Positions 1 to 10,057 of a DNA stretch of 34,400 nucleotides are shown one piece after another (the stretch's first letter is position 1; every line of letters starts with the position of its first letter). The DNA lies in the IMG/VR virus record IMGVR_UViG_3300020044_001445, positions 1 through 34,400 of that record. One strand, written 5' to 3'. Below the pieces are notes generated by a model. It worked only from the letters and a program-made list of their open reading frames with translations, was not told the DNA's origin and did not search any database. The DNA comes from a virus. Its lineage: Duplodnaviria; Caudoviricetes. The translations under genes and the position numbers were made by a program.

Positions 1-121
1 ACTGGTTCTGTTTACACTTCTTATGTTGATAACGCTTTCATGAGGTCTTATGTTAACCCTCACCTGCGTTCTGTATTCAACATCATCCCTGTTTCTACTG
101 GATCAGTTTCTTTCCCTCGTG
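1..121. repeat. Terminal direct repeat, copy 1 (circular-assembly overlap)
   Basis: 1-121 is identical to 34280-34400 (ACTGGTTCTG...TTCCCTCGTG) and lies inside the capsid gene. Confidence 0.97.
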
Positions 122-777
122 GTAACACTCCAGTTGGTGAAGGTTCTTTCGGTAAGCAAACTGAAGGTTCTGCAAAACCTCAAGTTGATTATGATGTAAC
201 AGTTGTAAATACTGCTCTGTCATTTATCGCAGGTTATGCTAAAGTTTCTCGCCAAATGATTGATGACTTGCCATTCTTGCAAGCTTATCTTCAGCAGTCT
301 TTGATTGAAGATTTCCAAAAGGCAGAAGATACTTACTATCTTAACGCCATTGCTTCAAGTGCAACCGCAGGTTCTTCTTCTGGTGCTAACACCGCTGAGA
401 AGTTCATTGATTATGTTGCTCAACTTGGTGCTTTGAACTGGATGCCAAACCTTTCTTTGACCACTCACGCTGGTTGGGCCAATTTGTTGAAAACCAAGCC
501 TGCTGATTACTCAGTACCTGGCGGAATGGTAATTGACAACAATGGTAATGTAAGAATCGTAGGTATCCCTGTTATCCCACACTCTTTGGTTACGGCTTCT
601 AAGATTTATGTAATGGACACTACTAAGTTCGCCATTGCTCAACAATCTGGTCTGAATGTACGTTCTACTGAGTTTGATCAGGATGACTTCATCAAGAACT
701 TGATTACCTTCCGTTGCGAGGCTCGTTGTGAACTCCTTCAGTTCCAACCAACAGCAGCAGTTTACGGAGCTATCTAA
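1..777 (+). CDS. HK97-fold major capsid protein, 3' part (continues from 33887; ~389 aa in total)
   Basis: Frame 1 is open from base 1 and in frame with 33887-34279. Motifs EGSAKPQ, IAGYAKVSRQMIDD and FIKNLITFRCEAR are typical of HK97 capsids. Follows the prohead protease. Confidence 0.95.
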   Translation, partial: TGSVYTSYVDNAFMRSYVNPHLRSVFNIIPVSTGSVSFPRGNTPVGEGSFGKQTEGSAKPQVDYDVTVVNTALSFIAGYAKVSRQMIDDLPFLQAYLQQSLIEDFQKAEDTYYLNAIASSATAGSSSGANTAEKFIDYVAQLGALNWMPNLSLTTHAGWANLLKTKPADYSVPGGMVIDNNGNVRIVGIPVIPHSLVTASKIYVMDTTKFAIAQQSGLNVRSTEFDQDDFIKNLITFRCEARCELLQFQPTAAVYGAI

Positions 778-810
778 TATCTTGTTTGATTGTTTTAAAG
801 TGTATGATCG

Positions 811-839
811 GGGGTGGTATTCTTGCCACCCCTTTTTTT
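811..839 (+). terminator. Intrinsic terminator after the capsid gene
   Basis: GGGGTGG-TATTCTTG-CCACCCC hairpin followed by T7. Confidence 0.9.
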
Positions 840-850
840 AATTAAAGGCA

Positions 851-1435
851 ATGAAAAATTACGTTATTATTGGTGCGATGGATGGCGTAAGCCATGACAA
901 TATATTTGATAGGCTAAAAGATGAGACAGACTATCAAGCATATTTCATTGAGCCAGTACCACACTATTTTGAGAAGCTAAAAGAGAATGTAAAACAATTG
1001 TCAAACGCAAAAGCTTACAACTTTTTTATTTCAGACAATGATGGAAGCGTTGAGATGGCATTTGTAAAGCCTGAGTGGATTGCAAAAGATTCATCATTTT
1101 TGGATGGGTGCAGTTCGCTGATTGAGAACGGAGAACCATTGAATAGATATTTGAAGGAATTACCAAAAAGCATTTTGTCAACAATTGCAGTAAGTGCTAT
1201 AACATTTGACCAATTTTGCAAATGGTATGATATAAATGATATATATTATTTACAAATTGATACTGAGGGATGTGATGAGAGGATATTAAATACGATTGAT
1301 TTGGATAAGTATAAAGTAAAAGAACTTAAATTTGAGAATCATTATATAAGTGATACTTTCTATACTGAATTACTAATTAAATATCCACAATACAAAGGTC
1401 AAATTGTAGGTGCGGATATAATACTAAAATTATGA
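851..1435 (+). CDS. FkbM-family SAM-dependent methyltransferase
   Basis: IIGAMDG, FIEPVP and YLQIDTEGCD motifs match the FkbM/Methyltransf_21 pattern. Confidence 0.85.
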   Translation: MKNYVIIGAMDGVSHDNIFDRLKDETDYQAYFIEPVPHYFEKLKENVKQLSNAKAYNFFISDNDGSVEMAFVKPEWIAKDSSFLDGCSSLIENGEPLNRYLKELPKSILSTIAVSAITFDQFCKWYDINDIYYLQIDTEGCDERILNTIDLDKYKVKELKFENHYISDTFYTELLIKYPQYKGQIVGADIILKL

Positions 1436-2403
1436 ATATAGTTGCTTCTGTGCATCTTTACCCTCCAGAGCATAATTGCGGAGCGGAATGGATGTTACAT
1501 TTTATGCTAAAAGACCTTCAAGCAAATGGTCACAATGTAAGAGTTCTTTTACATGATGCGAACAAGTACAAGGTTAGGAACAATTATGTTTTTGATGGTA
1601 TTGATGTATTCCCACCAAATCCAAATGTTATTGAGGGGTTGTTTAATTGGGGTCATGCTGTTTTCACTCATTTAGACTACACAAGATGGACAATACACAC
1701 AGCAAAACTATTTAGAAAGCCAGTATTCCATCTGATTCACAATAGCCACCCATATCCTGAGATTATAGATGCTGAGAAGAATCAGCATATTATTTACAAT
1801 TCAGAGTGGTTAAAAGAACTTTTGAACTATAAATTTAGTAATTTTATACTAACTCCGCCAGTAGACTACAATTACTATGATGTAGGTAATGAACCAGAGA
1901 AGAGTGAATATATCACTTTGATAAACTTAAACGAAAACAAGGGCGGTAAGATATTTGCAGAGATTGCGAGGGCAATGCCACATAAGTCATTTTTAGGTGT
2001 TTTAGGGTCATACGATGAGCAGATAACCAAAACATTGCCAAACGTGAGATATGTGCCTAATTCGCCTGATATTAAGCAATGGTATGCACAGACAAGGATA
2101 TTACTAATGCCATCAAAATACGAGAGTTGGGGCAGGACTGCAACTGAGGCAATGTGTAGTGGGATTCCTGTAATTTGTAGTGATACCCCAGGGTTGAAGG
2201 AGAATTGTGAAAAAGGTGGTATATTTATAAAAAATAGGGATAATGTTAAAGAGTGGGTTGAAGCCATTACAAAGTTGGATGACAAAAAAACCTATTCTTG
2301 GGCATCACGAAAAGCGAAAGCGAGATCAAGAGAATTTGATACGAGAAAAACGCTTGATGAATTTGAAAGTTGGTTCAGAGAAAGTGTTAATAAATATAGT
2401 TAA
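1432..2403 (+). CDS. GT4 (GT-B) glycosyltransferase
   Basis: N-terminal YPP..GAE; C-terminal LLMPSKYESWGRTATEAMCSGIPVICSDTPGLKE (E-x7-E motif). Confidence 0.92.
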   Translation: MNIVASVHLYPPEHNCGAEWMLHFMLKDLQANGHNVRVLLHDANKYKVRNNYVFDGIDVFPPNPNVIEGLFNWGHAVFTHLDYTRWTIHTAKLFRKPVFHLIHNSHPYPEIIDAEKNQHIIYNSEWLKELLNYKFSNFILTPPVDYNYYDVGNEPEKSEYITLINLNENKGGKIFAEIARAMPHKSFLGVLGSYDEQITKTLPNVRYVPNSPDIKQWYAQTRILLMPSKYESWGRTATEAMCSGIPVICSDTPGLKENCEKGGIFIKNRDNVKEWVEAITKLDDKKTYSWASRKAKARSREFDTRKTLDEFESWFRESVNKYS

Positions 2404-2405
2404 AG

Positions 2406-2966
2406 ATGACATATATAGACGGCATAACAATATTAGCTGATGCGGTGGTTGAGCCAGTCAGCTTGACTGATGCGAAGAATTGGCTACGCATTACAAATTA
2501 CGATACTGATGATGATTTGATTTTATCATTGCTTAATGGTGCGAGGGTGCATATTGAAAAATTGACTGGTTGTTCATTGGTTAACAAGTCAGTAAGGATA
2601 AACGTAGAACTTACACCACAAAGCCAAGGCTTTTGGATTCTTGATGTGCCTTATGGGCCATTGCTTTGCGTTGATGAGGTAAAGATTAAGACTGGAATGA
2701 ATACATACGAGGTATTGACAAAGAATAGTGATTTTGAGGTTATAGGAGGAAAGATTTGGATATATACGGCAGGAGTTTATATCATTAAGTACCAATGTGG
2801 ATTCTCTCAAATACCAGAAGATTTGGCTACTGATATTCTTACTTTAACCGCTTGGTCTTATGAAAATAGGGGTAAGAAGATGAACGCTGATGTAAACAAT
2901 AGAATGAGTGAGTTCCCATCTTGGGAAGGGTTAAATTATCATCAATATAAAAAAGTTGTGATATAG
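2406..2966 (+). CDS. Head-tail connector/adaptor (HK97 gp6-like)
   Basis: EPVSLTDAKNWLRI..DDDLI and IPEDL..IL...YENRG motifs. Confidence 0.9.
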   Translation: MTYIDGITILADAVVEPVSLTDAKNWLRITNYDTDDDLILSLLNGARVHIEKLTGCSLVNKSVRINVELTPQSQGFWILDVPYGPLLCVDEVKIKTGMNTYEVLTKNSDFEVIGGKIWIYTAGVYIIKYQCGFSQIPEDLATDILTLTAWSYENRGKKMNADVNNRMSEFPSWEGLNYHQYKKVVI

Positions 2967-3409
2967 TGGCAAGTGGCTTTAACTTAAATATAAATGATAG
3001 CAGGTTCAGAGAGATGCTCAACGAGTATAAAAAGACTGTGAATGAGGTATCTGCTATGATGGATCAAGAGATTGCTGCCTATGGCGAATTGATGGCTACA
3101 AGTGCCAAAAACATGGCTCCAGTTGACACAGGAAGGTTGAGAGCATCAATTAGCTTAAAAAAAGAGCAATTTTTATCTTATGAATTGGTTGCTCAAGCTA
3201 ATTATGCTGCTTATGTTGAGTTTGGTACTGGCAAATACTTTATATCAAATGGTGAGCCTTGGGATGGTGTGGCATCTAAATTTAAAGGAAAAGGAATAAA
3301 ACAAGTAAATTTGTTAGCGAGACCATATATGCGGCCAAGTATTTTGGCTTATATGCCAAGTCTTATAAAAGCAATTGAGAACTTAATTAATGAGAAAAAG
3401 GTAGTATAA
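2966..3409 (+). CDS. HK97 gp10-like neck protein (GTG start)
   Basis: APVDTGRLRASI, YAAYVEFGT and ARPYMRPS motifs. Confidence 0.9.
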   Translation: MASGFNLNINDSRFREMLNEYKKTVNEVSAMMDQEIAAYGELMATSAKNMAPVDTGRLRASISLKKEQFLSYELVAQANYAAYVEFGTGKYFISNGEPWDGVASKFKGKGIKQVNLLARPYMRPSILAYMPSLIKAIENLINEKKVV

Positions 3410-3840
3410 TGCTTGATAGTTCTAATCATATTAGAAATATATATGTGAGTGCATTAAATGGATTTATTTCATATAATGGGGTAAATGTGCCTGTATATGG
3501 TCAACAACCTTTTACAACTACACCTCAAAACTACATTGTAATATCATCAATAACAGAATCACCAAGAAATACAAATAACTCTTTTGGTAACAATGTTGAT
3601 GTTACAATTGATATATTTAGTGAACAATACAGAACTTATGATAATTCTATTGTAGATGATATATCAAATAGTGTTTTAAATATTATGATACCTTATTCTC
3701 AGGTAGGTAATTTTGGAGATTTAGACTTTGATGTATTTCCATTTCAAAGAACTTCATCAAGTTATTTACCATTAAGAGATGGAGAAAACTTTGTTGCAAG
3801 AAAGATATTAGTAATTAGTAATTTAGTAAATCAAAAATAA
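3409..3840 (+). CDS. Putative tail terminator/completion protein
   Basis: Position between gp10 and the tail tube, size 143 aa, PQNYIVI and VTIDIF strands. Confidence 0.65.
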   Translation: MLDSSNHIRNIYVSALNGFISYNGVNVPVYGQQPFTTTPQNYIVISSITESPRNTNNSFGNNVDVTIDIFSEQYRTYDNSIVDDISNSVLNIMIPYSQVGNFGDLDFDVFPFQRTSSSYLPLRDGENFVARKILVISNLVNQK

Positions 3841-3846
3841 AATAAC

Positions 3847-4254
3847 ATGGGACAGATTCTCGGTTCTACACAGAACGTAGCAATTAGCACAGATGGTGGC
3901 ACTTCATACAAAACTCTTGTTTGTTTGAGGACATCATCAGTAAACACAACAGTTAACATCACTACTGAGTCAACAAATTGCGGCAGCTTGAGTGCTCCAG
4001 GTTTGCCAAGCATGAGCCTTGATTTTGATGCAATTTGTGAAACTGCACCAAGCGGAACACAAATTACTTATTCTGATATGCTTGACTATTGCGTAAATAG
4101 AACAATGATACTTGCAAAATTTGAAGATGCTGGTTCTAACTATTTGCATGAATTTGATGGTTATGTTAGTGCTATGACAATTAACCAAGCTACTGATGAA
4201 TTTATTAATTTCTCTGGTACAATTGTATCAAACGGAGGTCTGACTATACTCTAA
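3847..4254 (+). CDS. Major tail tube protein
   Basis: VCLRTSSVN..ESTNCG and FDGYVSAMTI..FSGTI pattern; directly upstream of the chaperone and tape measure genes. Confidence 0.8.
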   Translation: MGQILGSTQNVAISTDGGTSYKTLVCLRTSSVNTTVNITTESTNCGSLSAPGLPSMSLDFDAICETAPSGTQITYSDMLDYCVNRTMILAKFEDAGSNYLHEFDGYVSAMTINQATDEFINFSGTIVSNGGLTIL

Positions 4255-4258
4255 TTAT

Positions 4259-4618
4259 ATGAATTATACTACTATTACTATTAACGATACTAAACTTGGA
4301 CTAAAATTTGGAATGGCATCTTTCAGATACATTCAAGGAAAGTTCATAGAAGGAAGAGCATTTGAGAACAATGAATTAAATGAAATAGGTGTTGCTCATA
4401 TCATTTACAGCGGTTATTATAATAATTGCATTGTAAAGGATATGGATTTAGATTTATCATTTGAGTATTTTGTTGATTGGGTTGAATCAAATTTAAAAGA
4501 TGATGATTCACTAAATCAAATTAAAAATGTTATTAATGTTTGGGCAGAAAGTGATTTTATAAAACAAACTCAAGAAGATGATAAATCAAAAAAAAAGACA
4601 TCACGTTTGAAGAAATAG
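4259..4618 (+). CDS. Tail assembly chaperone (gpG-like)
   Basis: Position, plus a slippery A9G run near the 3' end. Confidence 0.8.
   Translation: MNYTTITINDTKLGLKFGMASFRYIQGKFIEGRAFENNELNEIGVAHIIYSGYYNNCIVKDMDLDLSFEYFVDWVESNLKDDDSLNQIKNVINVWAESDFIKQTQEDDKSKKKTSRLKK
4588..4597 (+). other. -1 programmed frameshift site (A AAA AAG)
   Basis: The -1 frame is open from 4594 (KDITFEEIESFAFGELKLLP) into ORF 4639-4896. Confidence 0.8.
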
Positions 4619-4896
4619 AATCATTTGCTTTTGGGGAGTTGAAGTTATTACCTAATGAGTTTTATGCTATTAGTCCAAGGCATTTATCATTAATGATAAA
4701 AGGGCATGAGGCTAAAAAAGTAGATTTATACAAGCAGACAAGACTTTTGATGTTTACAATGGTTCGGTTAATGGGTGACCCAAAGACTGCACCTAAAACA
4801 CCAGAGGCATTGTGGGGGTTGCCTGGTGATGAAAAAAGTGCAAATGTGATGAGTGATGAAGAGATGAGAGAAATCTTTAAAAGATTAGCAAAATGA
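4594..4896 (+). CDS. Tail assembly chaperone frameshift extension (gpT-like)
   Basis: Open -1 frame with an LLPNEFYAISP motif, overlapping the tape measure start. Confidence 0.75.
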   Translation, partial: KDITFEEIESFAFGELKLLPNEFYAISPRHLSLMIKGHEAKKVDLYKQTRLLMFTMVRLMGDPKTAPKTPEALWGLPGDEKSANVMSDEEMREIFKRLAK

Positions 4897-6677
4897 GTTC
4901 AAGTCCATTTGTTTTTGAGATAGGTGCAGATGTAAGCAAATTCACTAAGTCAATTAGTGAAGTTGATAATGAGTTAAAAAATTTACGAAACGTATTAAAA
5001 ACTCAGACAGGTGCAGCTATTGTTGAAACAAATAAGCAAATTGTAGCACTTGAAAAAAGTTTGGTAAATCTTAAAAGAGTAGGACTTGATGAATTGCCAA
5101 AAGGTGCAGCGAATGGGACAAATGCTTTATTTTCACTTAACCAAGTAGCAAGAGATTTACCTTTTGGTTTTATTGCCATTCAGAATAACTTACCATTTGT
5201 AATTGATTCATTTACTCAATTGACTAAAGAAAGTGGAGGAGTAAAAAAAGCGTTCTCATCCCTTGGTGCTGCATTGGCAGGCCCAGCAGGTATATCATTT
5301 GCATTTGGTGCAGCTATCTCAGCAATAACTGGACTTGTTCAATCTTATGGCTCATTGGGTGCTGCGGTAAATGATATATTTGGGATACAGTTAAAACAAA
5401 GAGATTTACAAAATTCATTGAATTTAGCTTATGCTGAATCTAATGGAGAAATAGCTGGGGAGGTTGCAAATCTTAATTCTTTAAGTGGAATACTTACAAA
5501 TACTAATTCATCATTAGCACAAAGAAATGGAGCTTATGATGAACTTAATAAAAAGTATCCAGGTATTTTATTTGGAATAGATAAAGAAGCAGTAGCAACA
5601 GGGAAAGTTAATGATCAAATAGCAAAAAGGATAAAGCTATTTGGTTTACAATTAGAACTTGAAGGTAAAGCTGATTCAATCAGGGAATTAATATCTAAAT
5701 CAGCAAAAGAACAGCTTGAGTTAGGTGCAAAATTAAAAACAGGTGGATTTTTTGATGTTCTTGGGTTGCAGTTAAAAGGATTTTTCCAAACGGGTGATGC
5801 AGGGGTAACTGGTGTATTATCTGCTGTTGGAAATACATTTCAAAAAACAACTGCTGAAACAAAGTTTTTTAATGAAAGTTTAAATAAAGTTAATCAAGAG
5901 TTAGTTGTTGTTAACTCTGAAGTTGATAAGTTAGCAAAGGGGCAAAAAGAATCCGAAAAATCTGCAAAGTCTGCTGCATCTGCAAATGAGGCATGGGCAA
6001 AAAAATCTGCTGAATCGTTTTATAAATATAATGGCCAAGCATTAGGAGAGCAAGAAGCTTTTTCAAGGTTCGTAATTGGCTCAACTAATTTGCAAGTTAA
6101 GTCAATTGAAAAGCTAATTGAGGCAAAAAAGAAAAATAGAAAAGAAGATAAATCATTAGCGACTGCCATTGCTCCTACAACTTTAACAGCACCAACTGGA
6201 TTTGGAGTAACAAAAGAGGCATTTGATCAAGGTGTTGCAGGAATTGATTATAATGCACTTGTTAGTAAATTTGAAAATGTTAAAAAGCAACTTGAAAACG
6301 TGTTTTTTAATCCATTAACTGATTTGTTCTCAAATTTTTTAACTACAGGGAAGTTTGCTTTTGCTGATTTTGGTAAGGCTATTATAAAAACAATATCTGA
6401 AATAGTTGCTAAAATTATAGCTACTGGTATAATTAAGCTTATTGCAAATATATTAGTTCCTGGTGGTGGTGCTGCTGTAGGTGCTGCAACTGGTGGTAGT
6501 GGATTATTTAAATCAATTGGTAGTGCATTAGGTTTAGGTGGTGTGGCTAATCCATCATTTGGGGGGGTATCTCCAGGGTCAATGGGTATGAGTGGTCAAG
6601 TTAATGTAGTCCTAAGAGGGTCAGACCTTGTAGGTGCTTTGAATAGAACTAACGCAACAATTAATAGAGTTGGCTAA
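4893..6677 (+). CDS. Tape measure protein
   Basis: EIGADVSKF start, LNQVARDLPFGFIAIQNN, Ala/Gly-rich helical body, C-terminal LRGSDL. Confidence 0.9.
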   Translation: MSSSPFVFEIGADVSKFTKSISEVDNELKNLRNVLKTQTGAAIVETNKQIVALEKSLVNLKRVGLDELPKGAANGTNALFSLNQVARDLPFGFIAIQNNLPFVIDSFTQLTKESGGVKKAFSSLGAALAGPAGISFAFGAAISAITGLVQSYGSLGAAVNDIFGIQLKQRDLQNSLNLAYAESNGEIAGEVANLNSLSGILTNTNSSLAQRNGAYDELNKKYPGILFGIDKEAVATGKVNDQIAKRIKLFGLQLELEGKADSIRELISKSAKEQLELGAKLKTGGFFDVLGLQLKGFFQTGDAGVTGVLSAVGNTFQKTTAETKFFNESLNKVNQELVVVNSEVDKLAKGQKESEKSAKSAASANEAWAKKSAESFYKYNGQALGEQEAFSRFVIGSTNLQVKSIEKLIEAKKKNRKEDKSLATAIAPTTLTAPTGFGVTKEAFDQGVAGIDYNALVSKFENVKKQLENVFFNPLTDLFSNFLTTGKFAFADFGKAIIKTISEIVAKIIATGIIKLIANILVPGGGAAVGAATGGSGLFKSIGSALGLGGVANPSFGGVSPGSMGMSGQVNVVLRGSDLVGALNRTNATINRVG

Positions 6678-9069
6678 AGCAGAAAAATATCGTTATAGTT
6701 TCAAATCTCACGAAGGTCAAACCTGCGTGGTTAGATTTGAATTTGAAGGATTCACAGGATTATCAACAACGCTTGTAGGTTCTGCAAGGCCATTTGTGTT
6801 AAAGGAGTTTAATACTGATGATAATATATATAAGCCTATAAGACCTCAAATGGCAGAGATGTCATTTATTGCTTCTGATAGTGGAGTATCAATTGATGAT
6901 TTCTTGATGAATAATGATGATGATGTTATTGTTTATTTTGATTTTGGATCTTGGACTAACTATTGGATTGGTTATATGCTTCAAGATGATTTCCAAGAGA
7001 CTTGGATTGATACAAGCCATATTATCACATTAAGAGCAACTGAAGGACTTGGTCAATTGAAGGAGATACAATTAAATGATGGTGGAACTGAATTGAGTGG
7101 TAGATATACACCTCTTGAAATAATTCAGTTTGCAATGGCTCAATCTGTTAAAGATTTTTCTGATTACAGAGTATTTAGCAATTTGTTTCATTCATCAATG
7201 ACTGACACATCAACAAATACTGGTCTTGACCAATGTTATATTGATGCAAAGACATTTATGATAAATCCATCTGAGTATGATAATTCATATGATGCTATAG
7301 AAAAAGTAAATAAGTCTTGGAATCAAGCTATTTATATGTACTATGGCAAGTGGGTTATTTTTAGAATGGAGGAATTGTACATTCCATTTACAAGTAATTT
7401 AAGAGGTTTTAGAAATGTAGGAGGCACAAAAACTGCGATTAATACAAGATATGATGCAATAGTTGGTGTTAATGAAACAATCAAGCCTATTAGTCCAGAA
7501 ATGCTTCGTTTTATACAAAGAAGGACAAAATCGGATACTATTCAATTTAATTATGACCAATTTGATGAAGTTATATGTAATGGCTCTTTCTCAAGGGGTG
7601 ATTTAGTTTCATCTACATCAACATTAAAAACATATGAACTTGACCAATGGAATTGGTATGAGGGTGCAATAAATTCATCAACTGTTCCAACAACTGGTAG
7701 TTTTGGTAGGAAAGAAACATATTTAGTAGGTGGTAAGCTTGATGATCAATATGCTTATTTAACACAAGATTCAAGTACCACAAGATTTTTAAAATCTTGT
7801 GGTATTGAGATGTTACAAAATGAAAGAATAGATATTTCTGTTGAAACTAAATATAAAATTAATTTTACAGGCCCAGGTAGCATTAATACATTAGTTGTAA
7901 TGCTATATGGGATAACAAATAATTATACTCTTGATGATGATGGTAAATGGTATCAAAGTAATGCCACTTGGACTACTAATCTTAAAACTATAAATATATA
8001 TTATAACGGAAGTGATTCAATTATTCCTAACGTTTATAATACTCTTCAAGTCACATCAGAAGAATTGCCAGAAGATGGTACTATATATATTCTTTTGTAT
8101 AATCCAAACTCTCCATTTACAGTAGGTCAAGAAAGGCAATTTAAGTCTCTTGATGTTAAATTATATACAACATTCAATGGGATAGGTGTTGAGACAATCA
8201 ATGCAATTCAATCAATATTCACTAAAGATGATACATTAAGGCAAAAGTTCTACGATGAAATTGCATTTGATGATGGATTGAGTAAGCTTTATAAAGGTAG
8301 TTTGTATGAAATAGACCAACAAACGCTTACAACTGCTGACTGGCATAGATATAGATATGCAAGTGAATCAGAAGGTTTTAGAAAGCAAAATGATATAACA
8401 TATTGGTCTCATAATAGATATAATAGAAATAAAATTGATGCTAATTTCTATGGACTTACTTGGAACAATGGAACGCAACCAATTGGATTAATAAATACTA
8501 TCCATTTTGTAGATGATGATCCAAATAAAGTATATGCTATTGCCAATTTGAATGAAATTGATTTCAGTTCTTCTACTTGGTCAGCTACTCTTGTAGAGGT
8601 TTATGATATGATTCAAGATAATTCTTTTGGTGTTGAGTCAGATTATGCAGGAACTTATACTACTCAATCTTTGCTCCCACAGACATTAATTCAAGGGTCA
8701 GAGTTTTCTATTCAATCAACAACAAGATTAAGATATGATGGTACATCAACTATAACTGTTGATATAACTTGGGATATGATTGGTGAGGTTACTGCTATAT
8801 CTTCACCAATTACGCTTAATATGACATTAAACAAGAATGGAAGTATTATATCAGATTACAATGTATATGTAAGTTCTAATCCACAAGATGTTAATTTTAG
8901 TGTTACTGTCACAGGTGTGACATTGTCAACAAATGACTATCTTGAAATACAGATTCCAGAGGAAGATATTGATACATTTACACTAACTAAGGGAAAGATT
9001 GTTTTTGGATATAATTCAACCAATCCACCAACTTACGATCCATACGAAGATAAACTTATATATAAATAA
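6670..9069 (+). CDS. Putative tail tip/baseplate hub protein (TTG start)
   Basis: 799 aa beta-rich protein directly after the tape measure; W.GY..QDDFQE and LRATEGLGQLK segments. Confidence 0.65.
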   Translation: MAKAEKYRYSFKSHEGQTCVVRFEFEGFTGLSTTLVGSARPFVLKEFNTDDNIYKPIRPQMAEMSFIASDSGVSIDDFLMNNDDDVIVYFDFGSWTNYWIGYMLQDDFQETWIDTSHIITLRATEGLGQLKEIQLNDGGTELSGRYTPLEIIQFAMAQSVKDFSDYRVFSNLFHSSMTDTSTNTGLDQCYIDAKTFMINPSEYDNSYDAIEKVNKSWNQAIYMYYGKWVIFRMEELYIPFTSNLRGFRNVGGTKTAINTRYDAIVGVNETIKPISPEMLRFIQRRTKSDTIQFNYDQFDEVICNGSFSRGDLVSSTSTLKTYELDQWNWYEGAINSSTVPTTGSFGRKETYLVGGKLDDQYAYLTQDSSTTRFLKSCGIEMLQNERIDISVETKYKINFTGPGSINTLVVMLYGITNNYTLDDDGKWYQSNATWTTNLKTINIYYNGSDSIIPNVYNTLQVTSEELPEDGTIYILLYNPNSPFTVGQERQFKSLDVKLYTTFNGIGVETINAIQSIFTKDDTLRQKFYDEIAFDDGLSKLYKGSLYEIDQQTLTTADWHRYRYASESEGFRKQNDITYWSHNRYNRNKIDANFYGLTWNNGTQPIGLINTIHFVDDDPNKVYAIANLNEIDFSSSTWSATLVEVYDMIQDNSFGVESDYAGTYTTQSLLPQTLIQGSEFSIQSTTRLRYDGTSTITVDITWDMIGEVTAISSPITLNMTLNKNGSIISDYNVYVSSNPQDVNFSVTVTGVTLSTNDYLEIQIPEEDIDTFTLTKGKIVFGYNSTNPPTYDPYEDKLIYK

Positions 9070-9692
9070 TGGCAGACGTATTAAAAGCAGAGGGTTTAGT
9101 TTTGGCTGTTACATATAGCAACGGAGATGTTTTTCCTTTTGCTTGTGCCAAAAACTCATCAATAAATGTAAGCAGAGATTTTATTGAACTTGCTCCTAAA
9201 TCAAATGGATATTTTAGAGAATATCTAATTGGCAGGACTGGTTTTACAATAAGCGGTAGTGGGTTGGTAAAACTTGCTCAAAGTTATATGCAACCATTTT
9301 ATTTCTTTGATGAGTTCATGCTCAATATTGATACAACATTTAAAGCTTATCTTGACTTTATTGACAATCAAAACAACTACAAAGTATATAAATTTGATTG
9401 TATAATGCAAGATTTAACCATTGATTCTACGATTGAGGCATTCCCTACTTATAATTATACTTTACAAGGTACAGGCCCAATTGAGTTAATTAATATAGTT
9501 GATCAAGAGGTTGTGGCAAGTGGCACAATTGATGGAAGAGACCCAGCACTATATAAATTGACAGCAGTTGGATATAATGGCCAATGGTATTTTAATTATG
9601 TAGTAACTGAGCCATCAGTAGGGGTCTATGAGATAGACCTTGGGATTGATTTGGATGGTGTAACTGTAACGGCATCATATTTAGCATTATAA
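9069..9692 (+). CDS. Tail tube-like minor tail protein
   Basis: FACAKNSSINVSRDFIE..FREYLIGRTGFTISGSG and YNYTLQGTG resemble tail-tube family motifs. Confidence 0.6.
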   Translation: MADVLKAEGLVLAVTYSNGDVFPFACAKNSSINVSRDFIELAPKSNGYFREYLIGRTGFTISGSGLVKLAQSYMQPFYFFDEFMLNIDTTFKAYLDFIDNQNNYKVYKFDCIMQDLTIDSTIEAFPTYNYTLQGTGPIELINIVDQEVVASGTIDGRDPALYKLTAVGYNGQWYFNYVVTEPSVGVYEIDLGIDLDGVTVTASYLAL

Positions 9693-9716
9693 CATAAATA
9701 ATCTTAAATTTACATT

Positions 9717-10055
9717 ATGATAGGAGAACATAATTTAAGGGCAATTAAGAGAGGTGATACTTGGGTATTGCCACTATCATTTTGGGAAGATGAGTGTCAG
9801 GAAGTGCCTATTGATGTAAGTACATATACTTTTAAACTTATGGCAAAGAATAGTTCTGGAACTACGATTTTTACATGGAATGATGCCATTTTTGTAGAGG
9901 GTGAAACGAATGAAAGAACAGTTACTTTGAGTGCTGTCACTACTGCCACTTATGCTCTTGGTGAGTTTAATTATGAACTCCAAGTCACTACTGATTCAGG
10001 TGTATTTACATGGATGCAAGGCTTTGTTCAAGTTGTTGACCAAATAACAAGTTAA
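9717..10055 (+). CDS. BppU-N-like baseplate/fibre adaptor
   Basis: IKRGDTW..PIDVSTY and G.FNYELQVT..TWMQG pattern. Confidence 0.6.
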   Translation: MIGEHNLRAIKRGDTWVLPLSFWEDECQEVPIDVSTYTFKLMAKNSSGTTIFTWNDAIFVEGETNERTVTLSAVTTATYALGEFNYELQVTTDSGVFTWMQGFVQVVDQITS

Positions 10056-10057
10056 AA

